Positions 1-10,718 of a DNA stretch of 64,000 bases are shown here, piece after piece. The notes beneath the pieces were generated by a model. It had not been told where the DNA came from and searched no databases. It saw nothing but the letters and a program-made list of their open reading frames with translations. Position 1 is the stretch's first letter; each line of letters begins with the position of its first letter. The translations under genes and the position numbers were made by a program. The stretch is from Nemertoderma westbladi (Eukaryota > Animalia > Xenacoelomorpha): the NCBI GenBank assembly GCA_032718475.1, contig JAUCBJ010001812.1:12049-76048 (forward strand), in the 5' to 3' direction.

Positions 1-908
1 TACCGTGTGGGTTGGTACCTAACTAGGTACCGGTACAGCCTAACACCTACCGTGTGGGTTGGTACCTAACTAGGTACCGGTACAGCCTAACACCTACCGT
101 GTGGGTTGGTACCTAACTAGGTACCGGTACAGCCTAACACCTACCGTGTGGGTTGGTACCTAACTAGGTACCGGTACAGCCTAACACCTACCGTGTGGGT
201 TGGTACCTAACTAGGTACCGGTACAGCCTAACACCTACCGTGTGGGTTGGTACCTAACTAGGTACCGGTACAGCCTAACACCTACCGTGTGGGTTGGTAC
301 CTAACTAGGTACCGGTACAGCCTAACACCTACCGTGTGGGTTGGTACCTAACTAGGTACCGGTACAGCCTAACACCTACCGTGTGGGTTGGTACCTAACT
401 AGGTACCGGTACAGCCTAACACCTACCGTGTGGGTTGGTACCTAACTAGGTACCGGTACAGCCTAACACCTACCGTGTGGGTTGGTACCTAACTAGGTAC
501 CGGTACAGCCTAACACCTACCGTGTGGGTTGGTACCTAACTAGGTACCGGTACAGCCTAACACCTACCGTGTGGGTTGGTACCTAACTAGGTACCGGTAC
601 AGCCTAACACCTACCGTGTGGGTTGGTACCTAACTAGGTACCGGTACAGCCTAACACCTAACGTGTGGGTTGGTTTGGTACCTAACTAGGTACCGGTACA
701 GCCTAACACCTACCGTGTGGGTTGGTACCTAACTAGGTACCGGTACAGCCTAACACCTACCGTGTGGGTTGGTACCTAACTAGGTACCGGTACAGCCTAA
801 CACCTACCGTGTGGGTTGGTACCTAACTAGGTACCGGTACAGCCTAACACCTACCGTGTGGGTTGGTACCTAACTAGGTACCGGTACAGCCGAACACCTA
901 CCGTGTGG
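1..908. repeat. 47-bp minisatellite, about 19 copies, truncated by the window start; the unit contains the exon/intron donor junction of the adjacent SLC25A33/36 exon
   Basis: Unit TACCGTGTGGGTTGGTACCTAACTAGGTACCGGTACAGCCTAACACC recurs with period 47. Copies are near-identical; one near 660-680 has a C>A change plus a 5-bp TTGGT duplication, and the exon-proximal copy has CGAACACC. The minus strand reads CCACACG|GTAGGT in each unit. Confidence 0.97.
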
Positions 909-1176
909 ATATGTGCAGAAGGAAGCGATATTTTTACTGCACATGGCAGCGAGCATAAACATGGCGAAATCTGTCCCAGTCCGCGTCTGTTTAATCGAGT
1001 CCTCGTCGTCTCGAGTAAGGATAGACCTTTTTATCTTCTCATATATAAAGAAATGTATCACGGTCTCGGAAATCCCGAGATAGGATGCACTGATCCCTCG
1101 GAACAACGACCGGGGTCCCTCGAAACGCACAATGTCCCGCACACAGTGCAAGGAGGCCAGTCGGGAGTTACGGAAA
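902..1176 (-). CDS. SLC25A36: Internal coding exon (275 nt) of a mitochondrial pyrimidine nucleotide carrier, SLC25A33/SLC25A36 family
   Basis: Acceptor tttctttcag|T at 1177/1176 and donor CACG|GTAGGT at 902/901. Translates (S)FRNSRLASLHCVRDIVRFEGPRSLFRGISASYLGISETVIHFFIYEKIK...AAMCSKNIASFCTYPH, matching family motifs RG.SASY.GISETVIHF.IYE.IK and YPH(E). Paralog 33 versus 36 cannot be resolved. Confidence 0.93.
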
Positions 1177-2253
1177 CTGAAAGAAATTAATTAAATATTA
1201 GGGGATAATTATATTTTATGCGTAAATTTAATACTAAATATATATATAACAAACAATACTTTTGCTATTGAATATAGTTTCAGTTACAGTTTCTTTTAAC
1301 TGTAATCTACAAGCTAAGCGTGATGGGTCTCAACCCTATTTAGAAAATATACCTATGCAGATGATGGTTACCAAAGGTTACTAACTAATAATTTAAACAG
1401 GCTAAGGAAAATTGACAGTATCAACAATGTGACACTTAAGTGACTGTCGAATAAATAGATCATACGCTAGGTAAAAGTAAGTTATCGAATGTATGAAACA
1501 AGTATGTAATCGATTTTTCGCGCCTCCGTAGGCAAACATAAAAAATAGACTCCGTCGTGGTTCTGATTTAAAAATGTAATAATCACTACACAATTATTCC
1601 CTTTTTCCCATCGTAATATTTATCTCCGATTATATCCAATATTACGACATACTTCCATCCCAGACATCCTTAGCCGGCCTCACCCACCAACTCTAACCAA
1701 TATTACCGGCTACTCCCCTACGAATCATTGCAATCCAATAAAGGAGGTAACCACACAACCTCCCTCCTTTCTCTCATTGGCCCCTTAATATGCCAACCTC
1801 ACCCACCTATTACTCTAACCCAGTTATTAATAAAGGAATAATTGATTACCTCTAAACTCTATTGCCGTTCATCAATAATTGGTTATTGGTCAGTCAAACC
1901 TAGGCCATGGTCAAACAACCACGTATTAATCATATTTACATGGGTTGAACGAAAAAACACTGCACAAGAAAGACAAACTCTGTTTAGGTGATAATTAGGG
2001 GTCAATTTCATATTGACCCCACACCGGGTTTAAAAGGGGCCACATTTGGATGGTAAAGTCAGTCCCAAAAAACCAGCCTTATAGTTAGTTACTACTTTAC
2101 ACACAAGTATGTAAATAGTTATTTACATACTGTAATAATTGAAAACCTCCCAGTAACGTGTTTTTTACTTATCGTGCTTACATAATTAAATCAATTACCT
2201 CACATTGTACACTGTACACAGGTAGCCCAAACTGTTACCATGATAACACTTAC

Positions 2254-2320
2254 CTGTCGTCCAATTGAAGACGAGTTTTTACCATCCAGATGGGGTTGGT
2301 GACTGTCACTGTAATGAAAC
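2254..2320 (-). CDS. SLC25A36: Internal coding exon (67 nt) of the SLC25A33/36-family gene
   Basis: Acceptor cttcttccag| at 2321/2320 and donor AG|GTAAGT at 2254/2253. Translates FITVTVTNPIWMVKTRLQLDD, the second carrier signature with the family-typical PIW.VKTRLQL. Phases join correctly with both neighbouring exons. Confidence 0.93.
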
Positions 2321-2556
2321 CTGGAAGAAGTTAAAAAGTTATTAATTAAAATAATTTATAAAATTAAATAATTTAGGATAATTATAATGGTTATTTTACA
2401 TTTATTAACCAAATGAGAGGGCAATTGGTCAACAAGCCGAAGCTTATGGGAGCTCTCTTGCCGACTAATAAGGTCCATAATCACATATGGGCACTTCCTT
2501 CGAGGTTGGTTAGTTCTTCCAGATAAACTAGGCCACCCAGCAGCTGTAATAGATAT

Positions 2557-2980
2557 GGGGCCGAGCACAATGATGTCACGCTTTTTTTGACGATTTTCAA
2601 CCCCCCCCCCCCCCCCCCGTGTCACACTCTGGTTCACGAATTTTATAACCCCCTCCCTCCTTGAACGTGTCACAAAAAATACCCAGTATAGGTGATAAAA
2701 AATGTTAAATTTGAAATTATTATGTTATTAAAACTAAATATTAATACTTCATTAATTCAGCTGCACACAATGACTAAACAAGGAAGACATCCCACATATT
2801 GAGTCCAGTCAATGTGGTGTTCTTAGAACTAACAATTCATCACATCGATTCGCGATTACTGGAATAGATTTCACGTCGGCTGTTGATGTTGGTGTGAATT
2901 TTATTTGTTCACCAAAGTGCTATTGTGACATCACAAGTATAGCTACCCCCCCCCCCCCCCATGTCACAAACGTCACAAAT
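2557..2980. mobile_element. Degenerate MITE-like non-autonomous DNA transposon fragments
   Basis: GGGGCCGAGCACAATGATGTCACG start, poly-C tracts and repeated TGTCACA/CGTCACA motifs at 2570-2675 and 2925-2980. This layout resembles widespread invertebrate MITEs. No complete TIR pair was verified. Confidence 0.4.
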
Positions 2981-4584
2981 AATAATAAAAAATTAAAAAC
3001 CGACTAAGTTCTAAAATCACCATTCAAGATGTTCGTTTTACCTACAGACCTACAGACTATTTTTGCTCAAAAATAATATAATTATTAATTACAATCGATA
3101 TATTTTCACAGATCTGTGTCATAATTGGACCCAATAGTCCTCCACTGAGCGCACACTTGTTCGTTTACTTGTTATTGTTGGGTTGGCCCCGGTTTAATTT
3201 CATCAAAGATATACTGAGGTATTTACCCTTCTAACATTTGGCGACAGACAGACACGTGTTGTATTGGAAATACAGAGACAAGAAATAAATCTAAACTATA
3301 GTTACAAAAACGGAAACTTTTCCTCACCGAAGAAATTACTTTCGTTCACATTTCAGAGATTTTTAAAAAATGTAATCGTTTCAAATTTTGCCTGACACCT
3401 ACCTAACCTTATATATATTTAAAAAACAATTAAAATTCAATTTAACTAACATAATTAATTGTAATAGTCGATATTAATAAAGTCCTATTTGAAATTGAAT
3501 TGCGGGCCTAATGCTAGAGACACTTTTAAAGATAATACTGTCGTTATAGAATGCTGGACTGAAATATTTTGGATAAACTTTCAGTTTCAGTCCCAAATCA
3601 AGGTGCCCCCCCTCCGCAGTCTAGTGGTGCCATGTGGTGCCATGTGCGCCTATGACTGGAGTAATTTATATGTTATCATCCTATAGAACTCGCTCCTTCA
3701 TTAAGAAAATTTTTAAACAAAATATATTTAGTCATATAAAGCAATGGTGAAAAATAATTAAACGATTAAAATACATATAAAAGATAATTAGTGTGGAAAT
3801 TCATCAAAACGAATAACCAACAGCAATTCATATCTGTACCCCTTCTTTACGAAATGCTGACAATATGAAATTATAATAATATTGTAAACCATACAATACA
3901 TATTATCACAACACAATTAAACAATACAATTAATTATAAACCATATAAATTAAACACATAAAAACTTAATAATATCCTAACAGTGTAAGTTTGTCAGATA
4001 GGAGGGACTTTCAGTTTCAATGCAAACAAAATTCACCCTTCTCCAACATCTCATTATTCGCAAAAATAAAACTGTAAACTGTTCTATTGACTTTAGATTA
4101 TTGTTTTGGTTATAATAACGTGCCAGTGTAACGTGCTCCTAAAAAAATTGTTAATTTAACATTGAGTGAGATGAGATTTGCGTCGAGTTCCCCACCCCCG
4201 TCTCAAGTAGTATGTACTTGTGTATTGAGACTCAACATAATAATATTTACATTGGCTGTTGATAAATCATTGGATGAATAAAGAATTCATAATAATAAAA
4301 ACTAATGTAACAACCAATAATATGAAACTGTATTGCTAATACAATTTAAACGAACAATAAATTAACTTATATAGACAATTTATTTTCAGTTAACTAATTG
4401 GAACTACCTATTAATTTCCCAAAACAAAAAGAATAAGAAGATATACAATAATTGCCACTGTTACATTTCAACTGTTATGAAAAGGCATTAAAGATTAATA
4501 ATGTTACAAATAAATACCGCGGTTTTGAAGTTAGATTAAGCATCCTTAAGTAAGTATAAGTATAATCCTGCACAACTCAAGTCA

Positions 4585-5080
4585 CCCCCACCCTACAACT
4601 CAATCACTAACTCCCCACCCTACAACCCATCACCCACTCTACAAACCCTCACCCTACAACCCATCACCCACTCTACGCAACCCCTCACACCTCACCCTAC
4701 CAACTCCATCCCCTCACTCCCCACCCTACAACCCAACCAACCCCGCACTCACTCCACTCCCTACAACCCCTCACCCCCACCCTACAACCCATCCACCCCG
4801 CACTCTCTCCACCCCTCACCCCTCACTAACTCCCCACCCTACAACCCCTCACCCCCACCCAGCAACCCAACCAACCCCTTACAAACTCCCCGCCCTACAA
4901 ACCCTCACCCTGCAACGCAACCAACCCCCCCCCCCCCCCACCCTACAACACAGACAACCCCTCACCCTACCAACCCCACATTTACCCCACATCTACCTAC
5001 CACTCCCGACCCTACAACCCCACCAACCCCTCACTAACTCCCGACCCTACAACCCCACCAACCCCTCACTAACAACCCAC
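4585..5080. repeat. Degenerate C-rich tandem repeat (G-rich on the sense strand) overlapping the stop codon and 3' UTR of the nested SDR gene
   Basis: CCCTACAACCC and CCCCTCAC motifs recur. There is an exact 35-bp tandem duplication, 5003-5037 and 5038-5072, that includes the TAG stop. Confidence 0.85.
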
Positions 5081-5955
5081 AACCGCCTCGCTTCCTCCCT
5101 ATCCCTCCCGTAAGCCGAAGCCCTAGCCAACCTACAATCCCCGTAGTACCCACCGGACACCAACCCAGACGCCAACGCGCAATGAACCGAGGTCTGGGCG
5201 CCCTGCTCGGGTGTCTTCATGACAGCTCGAAGGGGCCACCCGAGCACCGGCATCCCGAGAACCGAATACCCAGCTATATGTCTACCCAATTCGGTCTTTA
5301 CAGCCCCAGGATGAACTGCAAAAGTCGACACATTGGTACCTTTCAACCTTTCTGATAACTCCAAAGTAAACAACACATTAGCTAACTTGCTCCTACTGTA
5401 AGCTTCGAATTTATTATAACTATTTACTAAATGAATGTCGTTCAACTGTAACCCGTATAAACAATGCCCCTGGGCCATTGAAGCCACGTTAATTACTCTG
5501 CAGTCACTACGAGTCGATTTCATTAGATTCAATAGAAGATTGGTGAGTAGGAAGTGCCCCAGATGATTGACACCTAGATGCAACTCGAAACCGTCTACAG
5601 TTTCTAGTCTTGGGACCATCATAACCCCGGCGTTATTTATTAGTAAATCCAGTCGCGTTTCCGACTTTAAAATGTTTGACGCGAATTCTCGAATGGATTC
5701 CATCGACGCTAAATCGATTCGACGGTGTTGTATCTCAGGGTTACCAGTTGTTTCACGCAGTTCGCGGGCCGCTGTCTCACCCCGCTGGTCGTCACGGCAA
5801 CCCAGTATTAGTTTAGCGCCTTTAGCGGCGAGTATCCGCGCAGTCGCACGGCCGAGTCCGGTGTTGGCCCCGGTTATTATCGCGGTTTTACCGTCCAACC
5901 TGCCGCTGCAGTGACACACACCACCGGCGAAGTAGTTACGTAACCAGTCGAACAT
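5047..5955 (-). CDS. Intronless retinol dehydrogenase 11/12/13-like classical short-chain dehydrogenase/reductase, 302 aa
   Basis: Complete ATG-to-TAG ORF with YFAGGVC, Rossmann TGANTGLG, NNAG, catalytic YSRSK, VHPG.V.T.L and C-terminal KTPEQGAQT...RLW..SE motifs of the RDH11-14 group. Confidence 0.95.
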   Translation of the reverse strand: MFDWLRNYFAGGVCHCSGRLDGKTAIITGANTGLGRATARILAAKGAKLILGCRDDQRGETAARELRETTGNPEIQHRRIDLASMESIREFASNILKSETRLDLLINNAGVMMVPRLETVDGFELHLGVNHLGHFLLTNLLLNLMKSTRSDCRVINVASMAQGHCLYGLQLNDIHLVNSYNKFEAYSRSKLANVLFTLELSERLKGTNVSTFAVHPGAVKTELGRHIAGYSVLGMPVLGWPLRAVMKTPEQGAQTSVHCALASGLVSGGYYGDCRLARASAYGRDREEARRLWVVSEGLVGL

Positions 5956-6369
5956 AGCGACGGATGGATATTAATAAACCATTGCTCACAAAGTCAGTTA
6001 AAATAACTTGTGTGCCAACAGCCAACATGTACCAGTTACTGCTACCGCTACCGGTACCGTGATGTATACCAGTAGGCACTCCCAGACAGCCCCATATAAT
6101 AATACACTGATCCTCAGCGCGGTACTACAGTACTACAGGACAGTGTAGTAGGCTTTAGGCAACTACGTAATTGACACAAATATGATATTTAAATTAAAAC
6201 TTAACGATTTTATCTAGGGATTGGAAGTATCTGTCTGGTCTAGAGGTAAACAGAATAAAAGAAAGGTTTAAATTATTGTATTTATTATTATAATGGTACC
6301 GGTACTGACGTACTGCTGATAGTCTGATAAGCAGAAACTTGTTTATGTTTCACCTATTGCCATGACAAC

Positions 6370-7030
6370 TAACTGCTCCCAGGACAACGAACTTTTGAAC
6401 TATATGTTCTTGCTGCAAACTGTAGAAGTGGAGTTTCTAGTACATATATGCCAAGTTTCAGCTTAAACTGATTAAAAAAGAAAACGGAGGAAGGTTTTCA
6501 CATTCGGAGAATTCGTCCTCTAGCTGCAAACTGGATAACTGTAGATGAATTAAATTCCTCAAAAAGACGCAGCATGTGGTCTGGTACATAATGTATATTC
6601 CAAGATTCAGCTTAAACAAAACATAATCAAGGATATGGGTAAGGTACTTGCATACATATCGCCCTCACGCGGAAGACTGCAGAACTATTCACTTTGAGAC
6701 ATTCCGCCCGCTAGCGGCAGACTAGAGAACTGCAGACGGATGAGCCGCCTTTGAATAACATAGCTAATGGCCTAGTACAAATCTGCCAGGTTTGAGCTTG
6801 AACGGATAAAAATCAAAGAAATGGGAGGATGGGTAGAAAGACATGATGGCTGTTGAACTAATGGTGTCTGAAAGTCTAAAAAAGCATGTCAATTAGCATT
6901 AAAATCATTATTAGCATGTCACATTGGTAACAACGACACAACGACAACAACAACTATTTCCCATTATTGAATCACCCTCCTAACAGTGCCAGTTCGTTAA
7001 AGCTCCGCCAATTTCGTGGCTCGCCCCACA
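6370..7030. mobile_element. Putative non-autonomous interspersed repeat with internal subrepeats (possibly Helentron/HINE-like)
   Basis: Three diverged copies of TAGTACA..TGCCAAGTTTCAGCTTAAAC at about 6438, 6582 and 6773, followed by an (ACA/ACG)n microsatellite at about 6929-6953. The class assignment and ends are inferred. Confidence 0.3.
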
Positions 7031-7659
7031 AGAAGATTATTTTAAAATAGTAGATTATACTTAAAACTCGGCATGAGGCTAGACTCATAAACTCACATAT
7101 TCGGATTAAACATTTCACAAATTAATTGTATATTTCAAGGTCTGAAATCTATTTTAAAGCGAAAAATTGTAATAATTTTTTCACAATTCGAGTAGAATTA
7201 ATAAAAATAATTGTAATTAGGCTTAAAGTCAGAATTCATATTTTTGAATACATTTCTGAGGAAGGAAAGCGTAATATATTTTTTCTGCTGACGTTTTTAT
7301 ATTTTATAATATGAATGGGTATTAAATTGTAATTTCATATATTTTCGCTATGTTCCATGTAATTTCATGGAAAGTAAAATATAACAGCAATAATACTTTA
7401 GATCTATCATAAGGCGGTGCATTAACCAAGAAATATGAGAATCAGAATTGTCAATTAAAATCAAAACAAATATACAATCAGATAGTGTTCGTTGAAATCA
7501 CTAATGGTAGAAAATATAAATACCACATCTTAATCCTAATTGAATCTTTAATATTATAGTGGATAAAATAAAAAACTGGAATACTTTATCGCCAACATAT
7601 CATATCAATTGTTTTGTGTCATAGATTTCTGCTCTGATATTATGTACTGAATAATAAGT

Positions 7660-8062
7660 ACTATTACTAACTACAGCACTAGGTCGAGCGAACTCGGACA
7701 GTGGAAATGAGATCCTTCCAGGATTCCCGATTCTCCATAGTTGTCGCAATTTCGTTTCTCCCAAGTTCAGTATCCCTTTCAAGTTGATCTATATATGTTA
7801 TGGCCGGTCGTCCACGACTACGCTTTCCATGAGTTGGTTGCCAGAAAAGTAGATCTGGTATGACCTCGTCTTAACTTCTCCAGCAGTGCCCACTGAATCT
7901 TAATCTGCGTTCACGGAGGGTGGTTGATACAGGTGGTATTGTACCATAAAGCTCGGCGTTTGTCATGTGTTGTCTCCAGCTGATGTTTAGGGCTGCCCTT
8001 AGTATAGTCTTGTGAATCAACCATCAATTCATTGTTCGAGTGATTTCGTCAGTGTCCAACAC
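7660..8062 (-). mobile_element. 5'-truncated, decayed RTE-clade LINE fragment (C-terminal end of the ORF)
   Basis: Manual minus-strand translation gives CWTLTKSLEQ*IDG*FTR, a frameshift, then ILRAALNISWRQHMTNAELYGTIPPVSTTLRERRLRFSGHCWRS*DEVIPDLLFWQPTHGKRSRGRPAITYIDQLERD...MENRESWK. This shows the RTE hallmarks W...TN.E, RRLRF.GH and R.RGRP, with stops and a frameshift. Confidence 0.85.
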
Positions 8063-9577
8063 GTACGTGTGAGTGGGCATGACGCACACTATGTCTACAT
8101 AAGCCCTTGCGTAGAGGTACAATTAGGGAACCTAGTAATTCGACCCCTAGCGGCCCACAGATGAACTACAGTTAGGTCAGGTCTGTCTGTACGTATAGAA
8201 TTTCTATGTCATCTGACCCACAAGCTGGACTGGATCTTTTTTCAAATGTTAAATAAACATTTCCAGAAGTTTCCATGGAAATAGGAGTTAATTATTGGCA
8301 AATGCTACTAAACTAGTCTAAGCAACAAACCAAGTGTGGCCGTTTGTTTAATTATCCTTAGCTTCGTGGTTGCTACATGTGTACTAAGTTTGGTTCCAAT
8401 TAATCTATGATTGGCCCCTTTATTAGAGTACAAACATTTCCAATAAAAAGAAAGACTGGTCCACTAATTATAACCCCACACTAACTAACCTAACCAACAC
8501 AAATCACCAAAGAAAACATGGCTAAAGTAAATTTTGTTAATTTTGTAAATTTTGTTAAACATTGTTAATTTCTATTTGTATCAAAAATGTATTTCTCCCC
8601 CTATTTTATAGTACCTATAAAAAGTAAAACAGAACAAAATATATTCATGTTGAAGCAAATTTCACATTATTATTCTGTAATTTCTAATGTTTTTTCCAAT
8701 AAATATTGCATCATGCTAAGATAAGTTATAGATAAGAACAAATTAACAGTTAGAGTTGAGTGATTTCCCCCGCACACAGCGGGTCTAACTCTCGCCAATA
8801 TCCAGATATATCCGCCCTATATGTCAACCAATACCACCCGCTGATAAAAAGCATACCAAATCGCATAAAACAAATATAACCAAAGACGTTAAGTCTAATA
8901 TAATTCGTAGTTATGTGTACCCAGCGGTGATGCTATATGTAAGGGAGTCATTGTTATATAGAAACCAAAACGGATGTGGAATTAGTGAAGTGGTTTAAAT
9001 AGATGACACTTAAACACAGCCCTCACTCATACTGCCAAGATAACATAGAATCTTAGATACATTCTCTCCCTTTGTGATAAAAACGGCGTTATTGGCATTA
9101 TGTTATCATTAACTAATATTTTTAAGAGGTCCCATATGAAGGTGTTTAAGAATGTGCGTATGACGTTTATTAATAACATCTCATGAAAGATCCCTTACCT
9201 AAAAAAAAGGCTATTACCACCCACGTCAACTGGCCTATGAATTGACAAAAAAATTACATTTCAAGTTTAGTGCAACTGCTTGTTTGTACCGCTAAACTAA
9301 AATAGACTCATTTAATTATTGTTTTTTGAAATTCCCTCTCTGAAGTAGCATTTTGCCTTGTTCAGTCTTTAACCTTTTTTGGAGATCGTACAGTCAGTCT
9401 AGTGTAAACGTAGACTTAATAACACGAATTAATGTAGGTCTGTCCCCAACCAGTATATACGGTATATAAGTGGCTACTTATTCGGACTCTACCGGTAGGG
9501 TATTGGAAATCTGGTAGCCAATTTTTGTTACAGTGATAAATTAATATTATAGCATATTATTATAAATATAAAAAATT

Positions 9578-9690
9578 ACGCCGTCCGAATTTAGCCAGAC
9601 CCCCTCCCCCCTGTCTGAAGATGTCCGGAGTTCGAAGACCCCCCCCCCCCCCCCCCCCCCTGACCTCGGACGTCCTTTAGGGATGCCCCA
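9578..9690. mobile_element. One end of a poly-C-containing MITE-like element
   Basis: Repeated GTCCG motifs and poly-C tracts ending in CGGACGTCCTTTAGGGATGCCCC, a TIR-like end similar in style to the fragment at 2557. Confidence 0.4.
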
Positions 9691-9751
9691 TTACGATAAA
9701 AAAAGAAACCGTTGATTATTGTAATGGTTCTTATTTTATAATTTATATATA

Positions 9752-10030
9752 ATATCGTAGCTTAAGTGTCATAAGTCAAAAATTGTAATTGTTCAGGAGA
9801 GCCTATAAAAGATATAGAGAGATATGGGGCCTTTCTGCAGTAAAATAGTGTCAACTGGTATATAATAGGGCTTTACTTTACCACGCAATAAGCATCACTT
9901 CCTATTGGTTAAATGTTTAAATCTCCACCAGCTGATAGAGCATGTCTTAAAGTGTGGAAATTAATAAAAAAAGGTAAAAAGCGACAAAAATCGACTAAGT
10001 AGGGCCTTTATGACACTTAAGCTACAATAT
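9752..10030. mobile_element. MITE of about 280 bp with 23-bp terminal inverted repeats
   Basis: ATATCGTAGCTTAAGTGTCATAA (9752-9774) and TTATGACACTTAAGCTACAATAT (10008-10030) are reverse complements with one mismatch. The interior is non-coding and the flanks are AT-rich. Confidence 0.75.
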
Positions 10031-10324
10031 ATAATATGCAATTCACTTAATATATATAACCGGTGTACACTATATGGGATAACTAAGTTATTTTTGGCAC
10101 ATTAATATTGAATAACCCGCATTAAACCCCACCGACTAGCGGCACTGGCTGTTTCTATCAAACACGTCCCAGATGCAGTAAATGGGACCTCTTTAGAAAA
10201 TAATATTAATTACTACCGCGGAAAAATGCTTGTACTATTAGTAGAGCGGGGAGGTGGAAGCAAATAATATAATATAATAAAAAGTAACAAAAACTATTGT
10301 TATATATCCAATAACAAACACACA

Positions 10325-10385
10325 CGTGATGGTTAGAGCGTCAGAAATCCAACCTTGAGTTACCTAGTTCGATCCCACCTGGAAG
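10325..10385 (+). pseudogene. tRNA-derived relic or SINE head
   Basis: A-box-like TGGTTAGAGCG (10330-10340) and B-box-like GTTCGATCCC (10367-10376) at tRNA-like spacing. No intact cloverleaf could be folded. Confidence 0.45.
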
Positions 10386-10617
10386 ACAACGTCGTCTCCG
10401 CTTAAGATTTGCTGCCTCAAAAAAATATTAAGACTACAATTCATCATTTCAGTTATTTTCAGCTCCAACAGTAAATATGTACGGATAATTAATCAATTAA
10501 TACCAGATATCACAATAGGCCAATCAGAATAAAAAGAAACGACTTTTTTCGGTGTTCAAAACCAAATAATAAATGTAGGAAGTTTTAAATTGAATGGATA
10601 TTTGGATTTTAACTCAC

Positions 10618-10718
10618 TTGCAATGGAAGCGCTAGCAATATGTACTGGAGAAGTGTCGGGTTCTAGAATCTGGTTGAAATGGTTATGGCAGGAAGCGTAA
10701 AGTCCGAAGTAGATAGCC
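10618..10718 (-). CDS. SLC25A36: Internal coding exon (101 nt) of the SLC25A33/36-family gene, absent from the ORF track
   Basis: Acceptor ttctattcag|G at 10719/10718 and donor GCAA|GTGAGT at 10618/10617. Translates (R)AIYFGLYASCHNHFNQILEPDTSPVHIASASIA(S), matching the family segment RAIYF..YS.CK...N....PD...VH..SA. Its phase-1 end fits the 67-nt exon. Confidence 0.92.

Noticed and set aside
858-1190. Plus-strand 110-aa ORF, and 5567-5914 (+)
   Set aside because: These are antisense shadows of real minus-strand coding sequence with no recognisable motifs.
1998-2131. Short perfect inverted repeats (1998-2020 with 9-bp arms; 2106-2131 with 12-bp arms)
   Set aside because: They are isolated intronic hairpins with no supportable element or RNA gene, probably transposon debris or chance in AT-rich DNA.
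5999-6120. Hydrophobic minus-strand stretch (VYITVPVAVAVTG) as an upstream RDH anchor exon or carrier exon
   Set aside because: No usable acceptor joins it in frame to the RDH ORF, since a TAA lies in frame upstream of the ATG. The real carrier exon was found at 10618-10718.
1402-7782. Short ORFs at 1402, 2356, 3489, 7126 and 7600
   Set aside because: They are intronic, low-complexity or in the wrong frame of the LINE relic, with no protein-family features.
10616-10620. Ser (A|GT) at the exon junction where family members usually have Gly, as a sign of pseudogenisation
   Set aside because: It is a small-residue substitution, and all three exons are stop-free with canonical splice sites and consistent phases.
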